Below, piece by piece: positions 38,446 through 50,389 of a stretch of DNA of 64,000 bases (position 1 is the stretch's first letter; every line of letters starts with the position of its first letter). Source of the DNA: Octopus vulgaris (taxonomy: Eukaryota); contig OX597838.1 in NCBI GenBank assembly GCA_951406725.2, positions 27,404,001 through 27,468,000 on the forward strand, written 5' to 3'. A program made the position numbers and the translations under genes. Below the pieces are notes generated by a model. It did no database searches. It worked only from the letters and a program-made list of their open reading frames with translations, and was not told the DNA's origin.

Positions 38446-39349
38446 ATCGCTGCAGTGCATCTTGTGACAATCCAAAAGTTTCACCTCTAACATTGCAATA
38501 CGATTGGCCCTGATCGCTCTCTTCTATCATTGCATGGAAAGCAGACGTTAAACAGTGATGATGATGATGATCTGGTTCCAAAAAAAAGTCTCTGATTAAA
38601 ATAAGTATGCCATAACTGAATAGGTTTTGATCTAATGTTGACGGGTATGTGTATATAGATTTGTGTAAAAATAAACAGTCCCCTGGCACAGCAATGTAAA
38701 CATGAGTGATAATCTGTGCATTCCGGGTAGCTGAGCATTGCAGATGGTCGATGGGGGTCTGCTTTTGCAGTCCAAGCAGAATCTTTGATCTCTGACTTGG
38801 TTAGCAGAAATCAATTTGTGTTAAGCAGAATACTATTCATTTAACTCTGTCTTTTATCCTTTCAGAGTGGATAAAATATGTGCAAAGTTGAGCACTGGCA
38901 TCAGTGTAATCAACTTACCAATTCCTCTGAAATTGCTAGCCTTGTGCCAAAATTTGAAACCAATATTAAGTAGGCCAAATCAACCTCGATACTCGACTGG
39001 TACTTCATTTCATTGACTGACCTCCTTCCTCATTTCTAGCAGGACAAAAAGCAATATTTGAATCTCATTTACATCAGGTTTACCTTTCACCTTTCATCAT
39101 TTAGTGTCCCTGTTCCCCCGATGGCATGAGTTGGCCTAATTGTCAGGAAGTGACAAGTCCAAAGACTGCACCATGTTCCACTGTCTACTTTGGCTTGGGT
39201 CCTATGGCTTGATGTTCTCCCTGACACCAGCAATTTTACAGCATGTATTGGGTGCCTTTTTCTCATGGCACCGGCACCAGTGATGTTACCAAGCAGCTTG
39301 CTAGACAGGGTTAACAAAAACAAAGTACTAAACAACTACTGGAGAAGTG

Positions 39350-39590
39350 GAAGCGTGTAGCTTAGTGGTTAGGGTGTTGGACTCATGATAATAAGATTGT
39401 GGTTTCAATTCCTGGATTGGGCGACATGTTGTGTTCTTGAGCAAAACACTTAATTTCACGTTGTTCCTCTCTACTCAGCTGGCAAAATTGAGTAATCCTC
39501 TGATAGACTGGCATCCTATCCAGGTGGGGAATTCATACCCCATGAAACAGCGAAACTGGCCCTTATGAGTTGGCATGATTTGAAAATGTA
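39350..39590 (+). mobile_element. SINE family 4, near full length
   Basis: gcttagtggttagggtgttggactcatgat..ggtttcaattcctgg..gtgttcttgagcaaaacact..gatagactggcatcctatccaggtgggg. Confidence 0.8.
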
Positions 39591-40004
39591 ACTTTACTCT
39601 ACTCTTATTTTTTTTTTTTGACAACTACAGGAGTTGATGGAATTGACTTTGCATATCCCTAAAAAATTTATAACCAAAAAACACACCTTGTAAAGCAAGT
39701 TTGTTGATGGAGCAAAAAGACAGGTCAAATTGTAGTGATAGTGTGTGTGTGTATGTGTCGATGTAGTAGTGATACTGTTAATGTCAATCAGGACTTGTCT
39801 AGTTTGTGGAATGTCAGATATTGATAACTTATGACTTGGGTGGGGTTGGGGGTGCCACTAGCAGTGAGGTGTGGTGGTGGTGGGGATGTTTGGGTATGAG
39901 TACAAAGTTCAGAGACAAATATTCGTTTCTCTGCTCGATTTATTTGTGACATAGATTGATTGGGTTGCTATGTAACGAGAACCTTGTGTGTGCATGCATG
40001 CATG

Positions 40005-40050
<46 letters not shown>

Positions 40051-40679
40051 CGCGCATGTATGTGTGTGTGTGTGTGTGGAAGTGATAGGACTGAAATTAT
40101 CTTGCTTGTTTCATTTTGTTATCGAGAACAAGGTGAATGTCGTTATTCGTATTATTTATGTAATTATTAATTAAACACTTACTCTCCCTCTCTCCATCCC
40201 TCCTCTGCTATCTCTTCTTTCTCTCCCATTCTCCTTTTATCCGCTCTTCTCTCACTCCCTCACCCTCCATACTCAAGACCTATTTACATTAAATATATTC
40301 CACTCTACCTCTTGGCATATATTTTATTCTTGTTATTTTGCTTCCATTTTTTTTTCTTTTTTTGCTAAATCTTACATTTTAATACAATGTGTCGTGTATG
40401 CATATGTGTTGTGCGTGTGTGCACTTGCATTGTATTTGTGCACATGTGGGCATGTACACATTAGTGCATGCAAGCATCTACATGCACACACACACACACA
40501 CACACATATACGTATACTCGTCATGGCATTGATGAAAACACCTGAAATATGATTTTTTTTTCTCTTTAACAGTTTTCATTTGTTAATGTCCTTCCTCTCA
40601 CCTTCCCTCATCATACATTCCTCCTTTGTTATCTGAGCTCTCTTCTTTCCTATTGAATGTTACATTTAAAGTTGTGCAT

Positions 40680-40995
40680 GCATGTGTGTGTGTGTGCGGC
40701 GATGTATATATGTGTATGATGTTGAGTGTGTGTGTGTGTATATATATCCATGTTTGTGTGTGTGTGTGCGGCGATGTATATATGTGTATGATGTTGAGTG
40801 TGTGTGTGTGTATATATATCCATGTTTGTGTGTGTGTGTGTGTGGTGATGTATATATGTGTATGATGTTGAGTGTATGTATGTGTATATATATCCATGTT
40901 TGTGTGTGTGTGTGTGTGGTGATGTATATATGTGTATGATGTTGAGTGTGTGTGTGTGTATATATATCCATGTTTGTGTATGTGTGTGTGTGTGT
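40680..40995. repeat. ~72-bp higher-order minisatellite (4 copies) built from TG/TA runs
   Basis: gatgtatatatgtgtatgatgttgagtg...tatatatccatgtttg occurs four times. Confidence 0.9.
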
Positions 40996-41591
40996 GAGAG
41001 AGAGAGAGACATTGTGTGTGTAACTATGTAAATGTGTGTGTAGCGCCATTGAAGAAATACCTGGAATTTTTCGGTCTATTCCTTTGTGTCCTCTGTCTTG
41101 TTTTCTTGTGTGTTCTTCCACTTACTCAGGTATATTTTTATTGAACCTTTCAAATTAACCATTTCTGCCAGCTAATTGCTCACACAGCTCTTTTTTTTTT
41201 TGCTTGGTTTGTTGTATTTTTCTATCATTTTTAATTGCTTTATGTCAACAAATTACAAATTGCTTGGGTTGTGTTCAGTGTATTCAGTTTAAACTTAAAT
41301 TAATAACAACCACCAGCGTAACTTCTCCATTAGTTAGGGGCCCTTTTTTTTTTTTCATCCACGCGTATGGATTGTTTTGAAGTTAAGTTGTTTCTTGTAG
41401 TTCTTCCTATTATTGTCTGCCTGCTCAAAGATATTTGGCAATTCATGAGAAGATTCCATCCTGTTTCTGTTTATGCACGCACACACACACACACACATGC
41501 ACATACACTTCAGGGGGGTACTTGCCTAGCAGGTGATTCCATGTGAGTGTGTTGAAACTAAAGTGATTCCAGCATGGAAGATGCGTATTAA

Positions 41592-41812
41592 CCCTTTAGT
41601 GTTCAGATTACTCTGTTAAATGTAATACTTTTTCACTCAATTTGTTTCGGATTAATCCTGGATTATCTTACAGCTTTGAGGTTTCAATGATGTGATTGTT
41701 TATTTTTAGAATGGCATTGTAGGTTAGGAGTGAGAGGTTAGATATCGCCAGTTTGAATATAAAACATGTAGAATATATTGGGCCGGATTTGGCCAGTTTA
41801 AACACTAAAGGG
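41592..41812. mobile_element. piggyBac-type MITE family B, diverged, 221 bp
   Basis: TTAA at 41588-41591 and 41813-41816; TIRs ccctttagtgtt / aacactaaaggg. Confidence 0.85.
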
Positions 41813-42307
41813 TTAACCAGTCAAAAACATGCAAACACTGCTAACTTCACTGAAACCTCATTTGGTGTCAAAATTTGTCACACCGATCGCATCAGTGACC
41901 AGGTTGAAGTTGGTGTGAAGAAAATTTTGCCATCAAATAATCAGTGTTTAAATGAAGCTTGAGTTTTTGTATGTTTTGGAATGGCTAATATGAACCTTCT
42001 ATCTTGTAATTGTGTGTGTGTGTGTGTGTGTTCATATGCTTTTGCTTTTGCTTTTAGATGTTTCAGTCATTTGACTGTGGCCATGCTGGGGCACCACCTT
42101 GAAGGGTTTCAGTCGAACAAATTGGCCCCAGGACTTATTATTTTTTTCAAAGCCTACTACTTTTTTTATTGGTCTCTTTTGCCAAACTGCTAAATTACGG
42201 GGATGTAAACACACCAACAGCGGTTGTCAAGCAGTGATGGGGTGACAAACATGGACACGAAAACACACATATATAGACACACACACACACACACATACAC
42301 ATACACA

Positions 42308-42371
<64 letters not shown>

Positions 42372-42391
42372 GTTGGAATTTATAAAACAAC

Positions 42392-43030
42392 ATGTGGTTT
42401 TGTGGTTAGGGTGTTGTACTCATGGTTCTAATTTTGTGGTTTTGATTCCTGGACCAGGCGACGCATTGTGTTCTTGAGCAAGACACTTCATTTCATGTTG
42501 CTCCAGTCCACTCAGCTGACACAGACGAGTGACCCTACAAGAGACCAGCATCTCATTTAACCGGGTAACATATATTCCACAGAATGAGGGAAACTGGTTT
42601 TATGAGTCTATGGCTCAGAAAAGATCTTTGACCCTTAGTTGTATGCACATGCATGCATACACACACACACATATGTATATATTATTTGCCATGCTGCTGT
42701 ACCTCTGCAATAATTTTATTGTTAAGAAATAAAGCCCTGCAGACATCTGTGTAGTCTGACATCCTGTTTCTATTCACACACATATAATGAGGGTGTGTGA
42801 CCTTGTGGTTAAGGTGTTGCCCTCGTGATCACAAGATAGTGGTTTCGATTCCTGGATTGAGTGGTGCATTGTGTTCTTGTGCAAAACTCTTCATTTCACA
42901 CTGCCCCAGTCCACTCAGCTGTATAAGAGTAACCCTGCAATGGACCAGTGTCAGGAATATTGCCATCACAGTCAATTATACTCTAGAGAAACCAAGTAAC
43001 CAGCCCTATGGGCCTTAGGACTTGAGATAG
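42392..43030 (+). mobile_element. Two family-4 SINE copies (about 42392-42630 and 42792-43030)
   Basis: Both carry gtggtta(g/a)ggtgttg..gattcctgga..cattgtgttcttg..ccagtccactcagctg. Confidence 0.75.
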
Positions 43031-43254
43031 TAATGTCCATGTATGTGCATACATAGATGTGTACATTATTTGTCATATTGCTGTATTTATGACGATAATT
43101 TTGTTCAGGAATAAACCACTACTAAGTTCTGTGTAAAGGGTAAAGACCCCCTTCAGTCATGAATGACCATGGGATTGCACCGAGAAAGTTCCCCTCTGAG
43201 GCAGAAGTCTGGGTAAGGTTGTTTATGGAGGACCTGCAGTCACCCATGCATTTA

Positions 43255-43545
43255 AGTGTGATCGTTGCCAGTGCTGCCAGACTGGTTCCTATGCAGGTGG
43301 CATGTAAAAAGCATCATTTTAGCTTGGCCAATGCCAATACCGCCTGACTGGCCCTCGCGGCAGTGGCACGTAAAAGCACCCACTACACTCTCGGAGTGGT
43401 TGGCGTTAGGAAGGGCATCCATCTGTAAAAACACTGCCAGATCAGACTGGAGCCTGGTGCAGCCTCCTGGCTTCCCAGACCCCAGTCGAGCTGTCCAACC
43501 CATGCCAGCATGGAAAGCGGATGTTAAACGATGATGATGATGACC
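43255..43545 (+). mobile_element. SINE-like family 3, young copy
   Basis: cactacactctcggagtggttggcgttaggaagggcatcc...ggaaagcggatgttaaacgatgatgatg. Confidence 0.85.
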
Positions 43546-44201
43546 ATGATGATGATTTATTATGGTCAGAATTAGCTGCTTTAGTTTCAATTTTCCTTTA
43601 AATCTTGTCTGTGTGTGTTTTATATAAAAAAAAAAAAACAAACATCTAGTGAAGAATTAATATATTGCTCAGAGCTTTGAAATAGTCAGGTTGGCTTTTT
43701 GTAGTAAATATATATTCGTGTGTGTGTCTGTGTGTGTGTGTGTGACTAGGTTGAAGTTTGATGAAAATTTTGATGAAAACTAATAAATGTTTGAGTGAAG
43801 TTAACAAGTTTTGTTTGTTTTTGACTGGTTAATAATGTGTGCCTTCCAAGCTGTAATTGCTTTAGTTTCCTCCAAAAGTCTCTGATCAAATCACTTGCTA
43901 GACATCTCATTAGCATCATCGTTTAATGTCTCTTTTCCCCGGTTGCCACGGGCTGGATGATTTGACAAGATCTGGCAAGCTGCATCACTGTTTCAAATTC
44001 CAGTGTCAGCCTGTGAAAGCCACACGATTCTATGACTCCATATATTATACTACAGATTTACGAATATATATTTTGTAAACTTACCCAAGCATACATGGAA
44101 GATGGACGTTAAACAGTGATGGTGATGATGATGATATTTTGTAAACTAACTTTGGAAGTGCTGCATGTGTTTCGTATTTTACAGACAAATATTTCAAATG
44201 C

Positions 44202-44340
44202 AGTATAGCCGTGAAAATAGCAGAAAGAGTGGGTATTTTACCCTTATAAAATGGTAAAATACTGTGGCTGTCTGCTGACTATTTTTTCTGTCTTACACAG
44301 GTAAAATACCCAATCTTTTTGCTGTTTTCATAGCTATACT
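44202..44340. mobile_element. Palindromic MITE-like hairpin (~40-bp arms)
   Basis: agtatagccgtgaaaatagcagaaagagtgggtattttacc / ggtaaaatacccaatctttttgctgttttcatagctatact. Confidence 0.7.
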
Positions 44341-44623
44341 ACATTGGAAATATTAGTTTCTTGACTGTAAACGCACACACACACACATGCACACACACAC
44401 GTAGATATAATAGGCAGAAGTGTGGGTGTGTGGTAAGAACCTTACTTCCCAAACCACATGGTTCTGGGTTCAGTCCTACTGCATGGCACCTTGGGCAATT
44501 GTCTTCTGCTATAGCATAGCCTTGGGCCAACCAAAGCCTTGTGGATGGATTTGGTAGATGGAAACTGAAGGAAGTCTGTTGTGTGTGTGTGTGTGTATAT
44601 ATATATATAGAGAGAGAGATATA

Positions 44624-44769
44624 TATTATTTTGGTCAAGTCAGTCTTGTTACTCTGAGCTGCACCTGTAAGTGCACAGGATGTCCAAGCAAATTACGGCT
44701 AATAACTTTCACCTGTCCACCTACAGATGAAACCCAAAACAACGAAAGACTGATTTGACCAAAATGATA
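44624..44769. mobile_element. Small TIR element (24-bp arms, 22/24 match)
   Basis: tattattttggtcaagtcagtctt / aagactgatttgaccaaaatgata. Confidence 0.6.
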
Positions 44770-44824
44770 AAAATATTATTTATAAGTACTCTGTTTTTTC
44801 TTTTTTGATAGTGAATGCTAAATG

Positions 44825-45112
44825 TGAGTGCATTGTTGCCAGTGCCGCCTGACTGGCTCCCCGTGCCAGCATCATGCAAAAAGCACCATCTGAACGTGTC
44901 TCATGCCGGTATCACATAACTGGTTCCCATGCCGGTGGCATGTAAAAAGCACCCACTACACTCTCAGAGTGGTTGGCATTGGGACGGGCATCCATCTGTA
45001 GAAACATTATCAGATCAGATTGGAGCCTGGTGCAGCCTCCTGGCTTGCCAGTCCCCAGGCAAACCATCCAACCCATACCAGCATGGAAGACGGACATTAA
45101 ATGATTATGATG
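44825..45112 (+). mobile_element. SINE-like family 3
   Basis: Tandem 5' units, then aaaaagcacccactacactctcagagtggttggc... and a (GAT)-type tail. Confidence 0.8.
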
Positions 45113-45689
45113 ATATATATATAAATGGCGGTGCCCCAGCATGGCCACAGCTCGTGAGCTGAAACTAGATAAAATAAAAATAAAAATTAAAAAAAAAAAT
45201 ATATATATATATAATCTAAAGGCGGTGCTCCACTATGGCCACAGTCAAATTACTGAAACAAGTAAAAGAATAAAAGTAAAAAATATATATATATATATAT
45301 TAATTTCTTACGAATTTTTATGAACTACTTTCTTATGGGTGAGAATGCACATTTATGAAAACAAGACTTTTTATTTATTCATTTACCAATTCTGCTGCCA
45401 TGGCGATGGTAATGGTGGTGGCAGCTTTTTAAAGTCAGGCAATGTTTTGTCAATAAACAGTGTTGTATTAATATTGCATTTGATGTCGGAGCAGCAAAGA
45501 AACCGCAACTTTTAACCTTATTTGATTCTTCTGTACGAATACTTAATATGTATTAAAGTAACAAATGAGACAAGCAACAACAACGTCAACGACATCCTGA
45601 CCAATAAATAACAACATCACCCATCAGCGTTGCAAACAACAATAATGTAACCGCGAACAACAACAACAACAGCAGCAGCAGCAGCAGCA

Positions 45690-46220
45690 ATGCCACCATG
45701 ACCAACTCCAAGAACATCGCCACTAAAATGCAAACATCGTCATCACCAACATCACCACCACCAAGAGCAACAACAATTCATTCACCTCCACCAACAACAA
45801 CAACAACCAGAGTACAACATCACCACCATCAACAGCAGTAGCAATACCACCATGACCAACTCCAACAACATCGTCACTAAAAACAAACATCATCATCACC
45901 ACCACCAAGACCAACAACAATTCATTCACCTCCACCAACAACAACAACAACCAGAGTACAACATCACCACCAACAGCACCAGCAGCAATACCACCATGAC
46001 CAACTCCAACAACATCGTCACTAAAAACAAACATCATCATCACCACCACCAAGACCAACAACAATTCATTCACCTCCACCAACAACAACAACAACCAGAG
46101 TACAACATCACCACCAACAGCACCAGCAGCAATACCACCATGACCAACTCCAACAACATCGCCACTAAAAACAAACATCATTATCACCAACACCACCACC
46201 AAGAGCAACAACAATTCATT

Positions 46221-46251
<31 letters not shown>

Positions 46252-46332
46252 TCATTCACCACCACCACCAACAACAACAACAACAACAACAACCAGAGTA
46301 CAACACTAGCACCACCATCAACAGCAGCAGCA
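45690..46332. repeat. 144-bp higher-order minisatellite built from CAN triplets
   Basis: atgaccaactcca(a/ag) starts at 45698, 45852, 45996 and 46140. Confidence 0.9.
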
Positions 46333-47075
46333 GAGTAGCAATTAAATCAGCCAAGGAAATGAATTAACCAAGTCTATAAAAGCGCAGGTGCTATTCTTTG
46401 AGCTGAATTTACAAAATTACACTTATTGACTGCTTGTGTGCGTTCGTTTTGTTGTTGTTGCTGCTGCTGTTGTTGTTGTTGTTGTTGTTGTTGTATTTGT
46501 TTTTATTTAATAAACACTTCTTTTGTCAAGTGATGCAAAAACTGTTTGACATTTCATGCTATCAGCTTGCTGGAAATGTATTTGACACTTTCGTAGGGGG
46601 GGGGAAAAGAAAATCTAGGATTCAGGAATAAATCTCAGGAGACAAGATAAACTTTGGTCGATGAGTTTTGCAGAAGCATCCGCTGTTGTTCTTGCTACTG
46701 TTGCTGCTGCTGTCGTTGTTTACAGTGTTTCTAATAAACCATTAATAACAAAACAACATTGTGCGTGCGTATGTGTATGTATGTGTGTGTGTGTGTGTGT
46801 ATGTGTGTGTGTGGATATGTGTGAGCATGAAGGGAGAATATATGTGTGGGTATGTGTTGGTGTTGCTGTTTCTGGTGTTTCCTTGTTTCCAGTCTTCAGC
46901 ACAAAAACAGGAAACTCGGAGTAGCAACAAGTCGAAGCCTCAGGTTTGAATCAATAAAGTTCAACATGTATTGAGTGCATTTCCCCACCCTCCTTTATTT
47001 GTTATTCAAATGCATTTCTTTTTCACCGCATATATATCATCATCATCATCATCATCATCGTTTAGCGTCCGTTTT

Positions 47076-47117
<42 letters not shown>

Positions 47118-47151
47118 CTATATTTATGTATGTATGTATGTATGTATGTAT

Positions 47152-47565
47152 AGGTGCAGGTATGGCTGTGTGGTAAGAAGCTTGCTTCCTAACCACATGG
47201 TTCTGGGTTCAGTCTTACTGTGTGGCACCTTGGGCAAGGGTCTTCTACTATATACTTAAGCTGACCAAAGCCTTGTGAGTGAATTTTGGGAGATGGAAAC
47301 TGAAAGAAGCCTGTTGTGTATATATATATATATATATATAAATATATATATATATGTGTGTGTGTGTGTGTTTGTTCCCCACAACTGCTTAACAACCGGT
47401 ATTGGTGTGTTTGTGTTCCTATAACTTAGCAGTTTGACAAAGTGGCTGATAGAATAAGTACTAGTACTTAAAAGGATAATTCTTGTGGTCGATTTGTTCA
47501 ACTGAAATCCTTCAAGGCAGTGCCCCAGCATGGTCGCAGTCAAATGACTGAAACAAGTAAAAGAT
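47152..47565 (+). mobile_element. SINE family 1
   Basis: ggtgcaggtatggctgtgtggtaagaagc...gcagtcaaatgactgaaacaagtaaaag. Confidence 0.85.
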
Positions 47566-47725
47566 CTATTCAACCCACATACAGCTGTTGCTGAGCAGCA
47601 TTTAACTGTTTAATAATTATAAAGAATGTCCTTTAATGGTTTTTGGACATTTACTCAGCAACTCAAAGCTAGTGTGCAGTGTAGAAACAAATGTTGGGAT
47701 CTACTATTAAAGCCTGATATCCTCC

Positions 47726-47890
47726 AAGAGAGGAAGAGGCCGACCAAGAACCCGCCGGCTTGACACCATCAAGATTGATACCGGAATGGAAATAGCCGAT
47801 CTGAAAGAAGCGGCTCAGGATAGAACTGACTGGAGGACACTGATCCATCGAGTAACCGAGAGTCGACTTCGACTGAGCGGATAGATAGAG
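47726..47890 (+). mobile_element. 5'-truncated RTE/BovB-like LINE 3' end
   Basis: Open frame KRGRGRPRTRRLDTIKIDTGMEIADLKEAAQDRTDWRTLIHRVTESRLRLSG* (stop 47882-47884); 8-bp TSD atcctcca at 47719-47726 and 47891-47898. Confidence 0.9.
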
Positions 47891-48957
47891 ATCCTCCATC
47901 TTATCCACATATAAGGAGGGAGAGGTGCATCAGCCCTGGATGGGGACTCCTTTACAGCTGAGTGGACTGGAGCAACATGAAATGAAGTGCCTTACAGAAG
48001 GACGCAATGCACTACCTGTCCCAGAAATTAAACCCAAGCTGTTATTATCGTGATCAATACTCTAACCTGTAGGCTATGCACCTTCATAAGTATCCTATAC
48101 TATTTGTTATATAGTGTTCACTATTTGTTGATTTTGTTCTTTGCCTGCTTGTCTGTCTGTCTCCACCTCTCTCTCATCTCTCTGACATTTCCAAAGTCTC
48201 CTTTAATTCTACCATTACCTCACCGACCACCATTAACCGGTCTGTTAAAAGTAGTTTTCTGTTCTGAACTGAGATCAAGTTTATTGCAAAATATTATTTG
48301 TCCATTCCTATAAACTAATTGAGGTTCAATTAAATTTAATTAATATTTAAATACTGCAATCTTGTTAATGGAGTCACGCGCCAGACGTGTTAGCAAATTA
48401 GATTTGCTAGATTTAAATGCATTTTGTGGAGTTTAGAATTTTCTCGTCTTCGCATTTTAGAAATGAAAGAGTGAAGGGGAAGAGGAGGAAGGGACAGTTT
48501 TTGTAAAATGCCTTGTTAATAAATCTTAATTAAGGGAAGGTTACTCGTTTACTGATTTAAGTGAAATATGTTAAGATAAATATGGGGCCCTTTTCTATAG
48601 TTTCAAATAGCTTTTATCTTTATCTGTCATTTGTTTCTCTAGACTGAGGCCATACTGGACCACTACCTTGAAAGGTCCAGTCAAACAAATTGAGCCCAGT
48701 CCTTTTTTTTTTGAAGCCTGGTTCTTATTCTCTCAATCTCATCTGGCCAAACCACTAAGTCACAAGGATCTAAACAAACCACTGGTTGTTAAGCAGTGTT
48801 GAGTCATGCACACACAGACACACCAGGCTTTTTTCAGTTTGTATCTACAAAATCCTCTTGCAAGACTTTGGTTGGTGTGTGGCTATAGTGGAAGACACTT
48901 GCCCAAGGTGCCATGCAGTAGAACTGAACCCAGAACCATGCGGTCGGGGAGCAAACT

Positions 48958-49192
48958 TATTATTTCTTTATTGCCCACAAGGAGCTAAACATAGAGGGGA
49001 CAAACAAGGACAGACAAAGGGATTAAGTCGATTACATCGATCCCAGTGCATAACTGGTACTTAATTTATTGACCCCGAAAGAATGAAAGGCACAGTCGAC
49101 CTTGGCGGAATTTGAACTCAGAACGTAACGGCAGACGAAATACCGCTAAGCATTTCACCTGGCATGCTAACGTTTCTGCCAGCTCGCCACCT
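48958..49192 (-). mobile_element. Family-2 SINE nested in an older family-1 copy (about 48615-49210)
   Basis: Splits the host motif agcaa(a/g)ctt|cttaccacacagc. Confidence 0.85.
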
Positions 49193-50389
49193 TCTTACCA
49201 CACAGCTACGTTTTTTGTCTTTTACTTGTTTCAGTCATTAGACTGTGGCCATGCTGGGGCACCACCTTCGACAACTTTATTCTCTCTTTTACTCAAAAGA
49301 AAAAGGAAATATATTTTCTTAAGACATGCTATAGAAACGTCTTCAGAACCGGTGTCAGTTCATTATTGGGGAACTTTTGTAAATTAGCATATATCTCTGA
49401 AGGCATGCATGCATGCTTGCTTGCAGATGCACGTGCATGTGAGAGAAAGAGTGAGGGATGATGCACCTCTCCCCCCTTAACTTGATATCCCTTAATTTAT
49501 GCTTTTCATGAATTGATTCAATAGTTCTACTCTAATGAACAAACATGTTAGAAAGTTCTTATAAACAACTCTTTGAACATTTTCATGTGCCCCCCCCCAC
49601 CGCACGCCCTCCACCAACAAAAACCCCTTCACTAAGATATTTGAGGGTTTTGAAGAGAGCATAGTAGTAAATATATCTATCGAGTCTATCTCTATTAATG
49701 CTGTCTTTCCATGCTTCTATTTAAACTACGCTTGCTTCCTCTTCTTTTCTTTTCTTCTAAATTGGTTACGGGCTTTTTTTTTTTTACCTTTTCTTTTTCA
49801 TTTTTTTTTTTTGGTTCTGTTTCTGATCATGTCTAAGTGGTGCTCTATTTTACATACACACGTATCTTTTGGGATTGAACTTAGCAAAAAAAAAAGAAAA
49901 AGAAAAAAAAATGCACCACCCCACCCTCTTTGCATGTAACATCAGAGTTCATTTTTATTACTTTATTGCTAGCTCTTGGATATTTTACCTTGAATATGCA
50001 GTGATCATTTTCCATTGCTTTCAACCGACTTCAAATATATTAGCTTCTTTAAATACAGTCACATTTTCTGTCTTTTTTTTCTTCTTTTCATTTCTTGCAT
50101 TTCCCCCCCCCTCCCCCACAATCTACTATTTTCAAAACATCAGCGCTGGGTTTCCTGATTGAGTTTTTGGCACTATTTCGAATACTTTCCTCCGTTTCTA
50201 AATGCAGCCTCTAATGTAGTTCAGTTTCTAAAATGGAATTCTCATGTCTTTGTAGTTTTTGTCACTTCCATTTTTTCTCTCTGCATTTTCTCATATTCAG
50301 CACTTTTTTTTCCCCTCTCAAGTCCTATTCCTCAGGTGATCACTGCACTAGGTCACCTTTTCGGTTGGTTTCATAAACATGTAGGGTTT

